64,000 nucleotides of DNA from Blastocladiella emersonii ATCC 22665. Lineage: Eukaryota; Fungi; Blastocladiomycota. The position numbers and the translations under genes were made by a program. Location: the NCBI GenBank assembly GCA_025594325.1, contig JANHCV010000001.1, positions 1,364,001 to 1,428,000 of the forward strand, in the 5' to 3' direction. The notes under the pieces were generated by a model, which searched no databases, was not told where the DNA came from, and saw only the letters and a program-made list of their open reading frames with translations. Of this stretch, positions 55,998 through 64,000 are shown in pieces (position 1 is the stretch's first letter; every line of letters begins with the position of its first letter).

Positions 55998-58900
55998 ATG
56001 GCCGGCGCGGAAATCACCGTGTGGGACGGCACCAACCCGTTCGCGCCGTCGCAGACGGTCGCGCTCTTCCTCCTCCAGACTATCATCATCATCGCGCTGG
56101 CCCGCGGCCTCGGCGTCATCCTGAAGCGCCTGCAGCAGCCGCGCGTCATCGCCGAGGTGCTCGGCGGGATTATTCTCGGTCCGAGTGTCATGGGCCTGAT
56201 CCCCGGTTTCTCGGCCACCATCTTTCCCAAGCAGAGGTATGCTTAGTGCGAGCGTCCGTGAAGTTTCGAATGGACGCTGACGACGTCCATCGTTTGTGTA
56301 GCCTTCCGCTCCTCGGCATCGTGTCCAACGTCGGCCTCATCCTGTACCTCTTCCTCGTCGGCCTTGAGCTCGACCCCAAGATCCTCCGCGCCAATGCCCG
56401 CCAGTCTATTGTACGCCTCCCTCGCATTGCCCCGTGGTGTGAAACGAGTGGCGGCTGACACGTGCGCACGCGTAGCTCATCTCGGTCGGCGGCATGGTCG
56501 TACCTTTCGCGTCGGGCGTCGCCGTCGCCAAGCTTCTCTACGACACACTGATGCCCGCCGACACCACCGTGCCCTTCTCGTCGTTTTTCCTGTTCCTCGG
56601 GGTCAGTATGAGCATCACCGCCTTTCCTGTCTTGGCTCGGATCTTGACCGAGCGCAAGCTGCTCAATACCGAGGTCGGCATGGCCACAATCGCCGCCGCG
56701 GCCGTCGACGACTTTGCGGCATGGTGTCTGCTGGCGCTCGTCATCTCGATCATCAACGCCTCGTCCTGGACCCACGCCGTGTACACGTTCGGCACAACCA
56801 TCGCCTACGCGCTGTTCCTGTTCCTCGGCGTGCGGCCCGTCCTCCTCCGCGCCATCGCATGGGCCGACGGATCATCCTCGAGGACCGAGCTCCTGACAGT
56901 CACCATGTTCCTGCTCATCTTCGTGTCGGCCATGTTCACGCAGATCATCGGCGTCGACGCCATCTTCGGCGCCTTCCTCGTCGGCCTCTGCGTCCCGCAC
57001 GAGTCCGGCTTCGCCGTCGCCATCACCGAGAAGATCGAGGACCTCGTCACCATCGTGCTGCTGCCGCTCTACTTCACCAACTCCGGGCTCAAGACCCAGC
57101 TGTCGCTGCTCAACGACGCCACCATCTGGGGCATGGTCGCGCTCGTCGTCTTCGCCGCGTGTGCCGGCAAGCTGATCGGATGCACGGCAGGCGCGCGTCT
57201 GGCCGGCATGTCCTGGCGCAACTCGATCACGGTCGCCACGCTCATGAACGCTAAAGGGTTGGTGGAGCTCATAGTCTTGAACCTCGGTATAGACGCCAAG
57301 GTCATTTCGCCGCAGGTCTTCGTTGTCATGGTGATCATGGCCGTCACGACGACCATGATGACGAGCCCGATCGTCTCGTACCTCGACCCGGCCGCAACTG
57401 CGCTCACCATCACGGGCGCCGTGGCCAACCCCTCGGGCAAGCGCGCCATGAGCCCGACGGCCACGACCGACGGCCGCGACGACGACGACAAGTTCCAGGT
57501 CCTGATCACGCTCGACCGCTTCGAGCGCGTGCCGGCGCTCATGACGCTGGTCCAGTCGCTGCGCACCTCGCCCGGTACCCCCGACACGTCCTCGGCCGTG
57601 GCGCCGAGCACGCAGGGCGCGCTCAGTCTCGTCGCGGTGCGGCTCATGGAGCTGTCGGAGCGCACGTCCGAGGTGATGCGGCTGGCCGAGTCGGCCGAGA
57701 CGCTGCGGCGCGACCCGCTCGTCAACGTGCTCGTGACGTTTGCCGCGCTCAACCGCGTCGCGGCGCGGTCGGTGCTCGGCATCTGCCCCGCGGGCGAGTT
57801 TGGCGAGCGCGTCGCGGCCGAGGCGCACTCGGCGGCCGTCGACCTGATCGTGCTGCCGTACTCGGGCTCGCGGCTGTCGGGCCAGTTTGTCGCGGCGGTC
57901 CAGCGCGCGGCGTCGGTCACGGTCGGCGCGCTGCTCGACCAGGGGCTGGCCGGTACGAGCGACGGCGCGACGGTCAAGTTTGCGGCGAGCGTGACGGCGC
58001 GCCGGCCGACGCTCCTGTTCGTGTTCCTGGGCGGCGAGGACGACCGCGACGCCGTGGACGTGGTGCTGCGCATGGCGGCGTCGGGCCAGTTTGACGTGGC
58101 CGTGTTCCGCGTGCGGTACGGCGACGAGGAGGCGCGGCTCGAGTACGGCCCGCTGGCCAAGTCGAAGAAGCGCAACAGCATCATCGGGTCGATTGCGGGC
58201 GGCGTCGGCGCGCGCAGCCGCAAGAAGAGCGGCAACGGGTCGACGCCGCGCCCCGCCGACCTGCTCGCGGCGGGCAGTGGGTCCGACGTCAACCTGGCCG
58301 CGTCCGCCGACCACGACGCGGCTGCGTCGCCCGCGGCCTCGCCCGCCGTTGCCGGTATCGCGGGCGAGACGCCGCCGCTGTCGCTCGACCTGCCGCTGAC
58401 GCGCACGCGGTCGTACTCCATGTCGGCCGCGACGCCCGACGACGCGGCGTTTGCGCGGCTGCGCGACCAGCTCGCGGTCGTGGCCGCATCCGTATCCTCG
58501 GGCAGCATCCGCGTCACGGTCGACGAGTACGAGCACCCGGAGCCGCACGAGTTTGCGCTGCGCCGCGTGCTCAACCTGGCCGCGTCGGACCTGGTCGTGA
58601 CGGGCAAGCGGCACGGGCTCATGAACGTGCTCGCGCTCGCATCGCAGCTGGGTACCAGCACGGCGGCCACGGCTCCCGCCGCGTCCAAGCTCAAGGACTC
58701 GGAGGTCGAGCTGCTGCCGCACCCGGGCTCGCTCGCTGCCTCTGCGGCCGAGAACGCGGCGGCCAACCAGTTGACGACGCGGTCGCTCTTCTCGTCGCTC
58801 ATCGGCACGGCGCGCGGCAACGGGCTGGTCCGCGAGCCGTCGGCGTGGGACGTGCACGCGGCGCCCATCGCGCCGGGCAACGGCGGGAACGCGGGCAAGA

Positions 58901-59082
58901 GCGGGCCGGGCACGCCGTTTGCGACCGTCAACCTCGCGGCGCCGACAACGACCAGCGACTCGGAGCCGCGCGCCGTGTTCGGGACGTTCGGCACGTTCCT
59001 CGTCCAGCGCGGCGCCCGCGCCTCGATCCTTACGTTGCAGGGTACCGGCTCGCTCGACGAGGTCGTCGGCGGCTCGCACTAG
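55998..59082 (+). CDS. KHA1: K+/H+ antiporter Kha1 (CPA2/CHX-like)
   Basis: QPRVIAEVLGGIILGPS, SITAFPVLARIL, FGAFLVG and MNAKGLVELIVLNLG. Introns at 56237-56301 and 56411-56475. Confidence 0.92.
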
Positions 59083-59194
59083 CCGGGATCTGTACATAGC
59101 AAGACACTTCGTAACTACAGTAATACAGTCATTCAACGTTGTGCTTCATGACCTCCTTTGTGATGCGACTTTTGATGGGCGAGTGACGTGGTCG
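57260..59194 (+). repeat. Right arm (source copy) of the 1,935-bp inverted duplication
   Basis: KHA1 3' coding half plus about 112 nt of 3' flank; reverse complement of 50542-52476. Confidence 0.95.
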
Positions 59195-59278
59195 GCGGCC
59201 TCAACGTTGCGCTCGCGCCCTCCGGTTCTCCTCGCTGACCTCGTTTGCACTGAGACAGAAATGAAATATAGTTGAGTA

Positions 59279-60213
59279 TCACTCGTCATCCACGCCCAAA
59301 TCGAGCCCGTCGTTCAGGTCATCGTCGCTGTCGTCAAAGTCCTCGTCATCGTCCTCCTCGCTGTCGTCCTCGTCGTCATCGCTGAAGTGGCGGCCGCCGC
59401 GCGAGGGACTGCCTGTGACCTTGTCGTCATCGTGCCGCCACTCGTCGGGGTGCACGACCTCGACGCCGCCGGGCTCCCGGTACGCGCTCGTCGCGAAGGC
59501 GGGGCTGGTCTTGGACTTGGACTTGCTCTTGCCGCCCTGCAGCTTGTTCCACTGCAGGGTCTGGTACTGCAGCGTGCCGCGCTTGAGGCGCTCCATGGTC
59601 GCTTGCAGGTTGCGCGCCTACATCTCGCTAGCGTGTGAGTTCCAGTTGAGCGGCAGCAGCGATGGCGAGGGCGTACGTGTTCCTCCTCGCGCTGCTTCTC
59701 GGCCGCCTTCATGGACTCCTCAATGGACAGGGCATGTATCTTCGAGTCCTGTGCCCACTTCAGCCCGGCCATACGCGGTGCCGCGCTCGGCCGACGTGCC
59801 GCGTCCGCCGCGTCCGTCTCCATGGGTCCCGCGTCCGCCTCCGCTGCTGCCACCGCCGCCTCGGTGTTCTCACCCTCAATCGTGGTCTGCGCGAGCGAGT
59901 CGGCGAGCGAGTCGACGCTCGTGCGGCTGGCCAGGACACCGCGGATGATGGCAATCGTGGACCGCACGCGCTCGCCGCCGTCGGGCGGGGCCAGGGCGCC
60001 CGTCTCGATGGACCGGAGCAGGTCGAGCTGGGTCTTGAGGCGCTTCTCGAGCTCGTGCGACGGCAGCGCGGTCAGGGCCTTGGAGTTGGCGCCGGCGGGC
60101 CGCGCGCTCACGTTGCCGATCCGCGACGGGCCGGCGCGGCCGGACGGCGTCGCGTAGGTGGCAAACACCCGGTTGATGTCGCGCTGGATCGATGCGTCTT
60201 GTGTCTGCGTCAT
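59279..60213 (-). CDS. Gdown1/POLR2M (GRINL1A/GCOM2)-like protein, putative
   Basis: Two exons (intron 59618-59676). Motifs ELEKRLKTQLDLL..PPDGGERVR, DSLADSLAQTTI, ALSIEESM..MERL and AYRE plus an acidic tail are colinear with human Gdown1 as recalled. Confidence 0.5.
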
Positions 60214-60402
60214 TGCATGCGTTTACGTCGTGGATTTGGTCGTTGAGGGGAGAGCGGAAGCGCGCGGCGACGTCGGCGTTCGACTCGACGGCCGCGGCCC
60301 AGGTCGCGGCCGGCCGGCCGGCCGCGCGGTGCTGGCTGGCTCAGCAGCTCGGTCTCGACTGCCCTCCACAGCGACGGCAGCACGCAACCACTACTCTCTG
60401 CA

Positions 60403-63400
60403 ATGGACTCTGCCCCGGGAGGCCTGATCATCCGCCGCAAGCGGCCCGAGGGCGCTTCGCGCTCGGCCAGCGACGAGGGCGCGGGCCGGTCGCGCCTGGG
60501 CCTCGACGCCCTCGCCGAGCGCCGGCGACGCGAATCCGCCAGTGCAACGCCGCCACCATCAAGCTCCTCGCCGTCGTACCGCGAGGGCTCGCGCACGCCC
60601 GGATCGGCGGCGCGCTCGTCGGTCCCGCAGCGGAGCTCGGGGCTCGCCAAGCGCTCGTGGGACGACGACGGCGATGATGTCGGGGACGACTACCGCCGCA
60701 CCGCGTCCGGGTCGCACGCGCCGAAGCGCGCCATGACCTCGTCCAACCGTACGCTGTCTCTCCTGCTCACGGTGTGCGCACACGCTTGCTGACGACGTGG
60801 CACGACCCTCGTTCGTAGGCCGCGAAGCGCTCAGCTTCGAGTCCGCGCCCTCGCCCACCGGCTCGGCGTCCTCGGCCCGGTCGGGCACCCCGCCGACGGG
60901 CGGTCTCGTCATGCGCCGCCAGTACCGCGCCCCACCACCAACCGACCCGCCGGGGACCACCGACGCGTGGACGCCGCGGCCCAAGGCCATCGAGGACGAG
61001 ATCGAGGACGCCGAGGCCCTGTGGGAGGACGACCCGACCAAGCTCGACCGCGACTGGTACGATATCGAGGAGGGCATGGTACTTATCTTTCCGCGCGAAC
61101 CGTACTCGCAGCGCGCGCTAACGCTTTCGCGCGTTTCCTCACTAGGCCGTCGACTATGACCACAACCCGTTCGCCGGCTACGAGCAAGACGAGTTTGCCG
61201 CGCCCGCACAACAGCCCGAGCAACCCGCCGCGCCCGCCGCGCGCAAGCAGTCGGTGCGTGCTCGCGAGTACGCGCGCAACACGGACAAGTGGGAGTCGAA
61301 CCGGCTGCTGACGTCGGGCGTGGTGCAGCGCGCCGAGGCCGACGAAGACGACGACGACCACGAGGAGCAGGTCCACGTCATGGTCCACGACATCCGCCCG
61401 CCCTTCCTCGACGGCCGCGAGGTCCACACCAAGCAGCTCGAGACCGTCAGCGTCATCCGCGACCCGACCTCCGACATGGCCGTGTTTGCGCGCCAGGGGT
61501 CCGCCCTCGTCCGCCACAAGCGCATGGACAAGGAGCGCCAGAAGGCGACGCGCGAGCGGTTCGATCTCGCGGGGACCTCGCTCGGCAACGTCATGGGCGT
61601 CCAGCACGCCGAGGACGCCGAAGCTGACGGACAGCAGCCGCCGGGAACTTCCACTGCGCCGCCCGCGGGTGACGGGCCCGCGCAGTCCGACGCTGCACCC
61701 GCTGCCGCTCAACCCGACCCGGCGGCCGCGCCGGCCCCGAGCAGCGACGCCGTGAGCCAGTTTGCCCGCACCAAGTCGATCCGCGAGCAGCGCGAGTACC
61801 TTCCCGTGTTCTCGGTCCGCGAGGAGCTGCTCAAGGTGATCCGCGAGAACCAGGTCGTCATCGTCGTCGGCCAGACGGGTTCAGGCAAGACGACCCAGCT
61901 GACGCAGTACCTCGCCGAGGAGGGGTTCGCGCGCGAGGGCATGATCGCGTGCACGCAGCCCCGCCGAGTCGCCGCCATGAGCGTCGCCAAGCGCGTCGCC
62001 GAGGAGTGCGGCGTCCAGCTCGGCCAAGAGGTCGGGTACACGATCCGGTTCGAGGATTTGACGAGCGACAAGACCAAGATCCGGTGTACGTTATGCCTCG
62101 CTTGGTCCCGCTTCGATTAACGCTGACTTCTCCTGCTTATCCATAGACATGACGGACGGTATCCTGCTGCGCGAGCTGCTCCTCGACAAGGACCTCGACA
62201 AGTACTCGGCCATCATCATGGACGAGGCGCACGAGCGCGCGCTCAACACGGACGTGCTCATGGGCATCATCAAGCGCGTCGTGGCGCGGCGCCGCGATCT
62301 CAAGCTGATTGTCACGTCGGCGACCATGGACGCGGAAAAGTTCAGCCGCTTCTTCGGCAACGTGCCGACCTTCGACATCCCCGGCCGCACGTTCCCCGTC
62401 GACGTGCGCTTCTCCAAGTCGCCGTGCGAGGATTTCGTCGAGGCCGCCATCAAGCAGGCGCTCAACATCCACCTGACGCACCCGCCGGGCGACATCCTCA
62501 TCTTCATGACGGGGCAGGAGGACATTGAGACGACGTGCGCGGTGCTCGAGGAGCGGCTCGCCGACATGCACAACCCGCCGGGCCTGCTCGTGCTGCCCAT
62601 CTACTCGCAGATGCCCGCCAACCTGCAGGCCAAGATCTTCAACCCGAGCCCGCTGCGCAAGGTCGTCGTGGCCACCAACATTGCCGAGACGTCGCTGACC
62701 ATCGACGGGATCCGGTACGTGATCGACACGGGGTTCTGCAAGCTCAAGTACTACAACGCCAAGATCGGCATGGACGCGCTGCAGGTGACGCCCATCTCGC
62801 AGGCCAACGCCAACCAGCGGTCGGGCCGCGCCGGGCGCACGGGGCCCGGCATGTGCTACCGCATGTACACGGACTCGGCGTTCCACGACGAGCTGTACCC
62901 AAACACGATCCCCGAGATCCAGCGGACCAACCTCGCCAACGTGGTGCTGCTGCTCAAGTCCATGGGCGTCGACAACCTGCTGCTGTTCGACTTCATGGAC
63001 CCGCCGCCGCAGGACGTGATCCTCAACTCCATGTACCAGCTGTGGATCCTCGGGTCGCTGTCCAACACGGGCGACATCACCGAGCTCGGGTCCAAGATGG
63101 TGGCCTTCCCGCTCGACCCGTCGCTCGCCAAGATGCTGCTCATGAGCCACACGCTCGGGTGCTCGCAGGAGATGGTGATCATCGTGTCGATGCTCAGCGT
63201 GCCGACCGTCTTCTCGCGGCCCAAGGAGCGCGCCGACGAGGCCGACGCGGCGCGCGAGCGCTTCTTCGTCGCCGAGTCGGACCACCTCACGCTGCTGCAC
63301 CTGTACCTGCAGTGGCAGGGCAACGGGAAACGCGCCAGCTGGTGCATCAAGAACTTTGTCCAGCCGCGCGCCATGACGCGCGCCGACGAGGTGCGCGCGC

Positions 63401-63960
63401 AGCTCACGGACATCCTCAAGTCGCACAGCATCCCGCTCGTGTCGTGCGGCAAGGACTGGGACGTGCTGCGCAAGTGCATCTGTTCGGCCTACTTCCACCA
63501 GGCCGCGCGCCTCAAGTCGATTGGCGAGTACGTGAACCTGCGGTCCGGCCTGCCGTGCCACCTGCACCCGACCTCGGCCCTCGCCGGCCTCGGGTACACG
63601 CCCAACTACATCGTGTACCACGAGCTCGTCCTGACATCCAAGGAGTACGTCAACTACGTGACGGCCGTCGACCCGCACTGGCTCGCCGAGCTCGGGCCCA
63701 TGTTCTTCTCGCTGCGCGACCGCGGGTTCGGGTTCCGCGAGAAGCGCCAGGCCGAGCGCATCGAGCAGGCCAACCTCGAGTGGGAGGCCAAGATCGCCGC
63801 CGAGCGCAAGGAGCTCGAGCGCAAGCTGCGGTACGCCGACGAGACACGGTCCGCGTCGCCCGGCGCGGGACGGCGCGGCGGCGGCGGCGGCAACTGCGGG
63901 GGTGCGCGCGGCCAGCAGATTGTCGAGATCGGCAAGGCCATCAAGAAGCGCCGGCGTTGA
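60403..63960 (+). CDS. PRP16: Pre-mRNA splicing DEAH helicase Prp16/DHX38
   Basis: [40 protein letters not shown] and [12 protein letters not shown]. Introns at 60749-60818, 61079-61145 and 62086-62146. Confidence 0.95.
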
Positions 63961-64000
63961 GTGAGAGAATACACAAAATATCATCCATTTCGAAACCCTC

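Noticed and set aside
50542-59194. Inverted repeats as transposon TIRs, or the duplicate as a retrocopy
   Set aside because: The arms are host coding sequence, no transposase lies between them, and I saw no target-site duplication. There is no poly(A) at the outer end, and the adjoining CLC piece keeps its intron.

Overview
GC-rich, gene-dense eukaryotic DNA with short (about 41-90 nt) GT..AG introns. The mix of fungal genes (ERG24, KHA1, NDT80, OSH3, TPS1) with a flagellar gene (CFAP58) points to a zoosporic fungus, probably Blastocladiomycota-like (inference). Conserved genes in order: NUP54/57 (cut by the window edge), BUD22-like, a C2/coiled-coil CCDC33-like gene, tRNA-Thr(UGU), a secreted glycosyltransferase-like ORF, NDT80, OSH3, a Pho85-type cyclin, GBE1/GLC3 head-to-head with a fused TPS1-TPP, CFAP58, ERG24, ORC6-like, an orphan 645-aa ORF, SLH1/ASCC3, AIFM1-like, KHA1 and PRP16. 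Three features stand out. (1) A tandem array of four paralogous, unrecognised seven-transmembrane GPCR-like genes (34.2-39.9 kb) shows intron gain/loss and a probable 3-nt micro-exon. (2) An apparently perfect 1,935-bp inverted duplication of the KHA1 3' half (50542-52476 vs 57260-59194) brackets the AIF gene and is fused to a broken CLC chloride-channel fragment. (3) A gene at 59.3-60.2 kb has motifs colinear with Gdown1/POLR2M, a Pol II subunit usually described as metazoan-specific. All family assignments come from motif recall; no searches were run.
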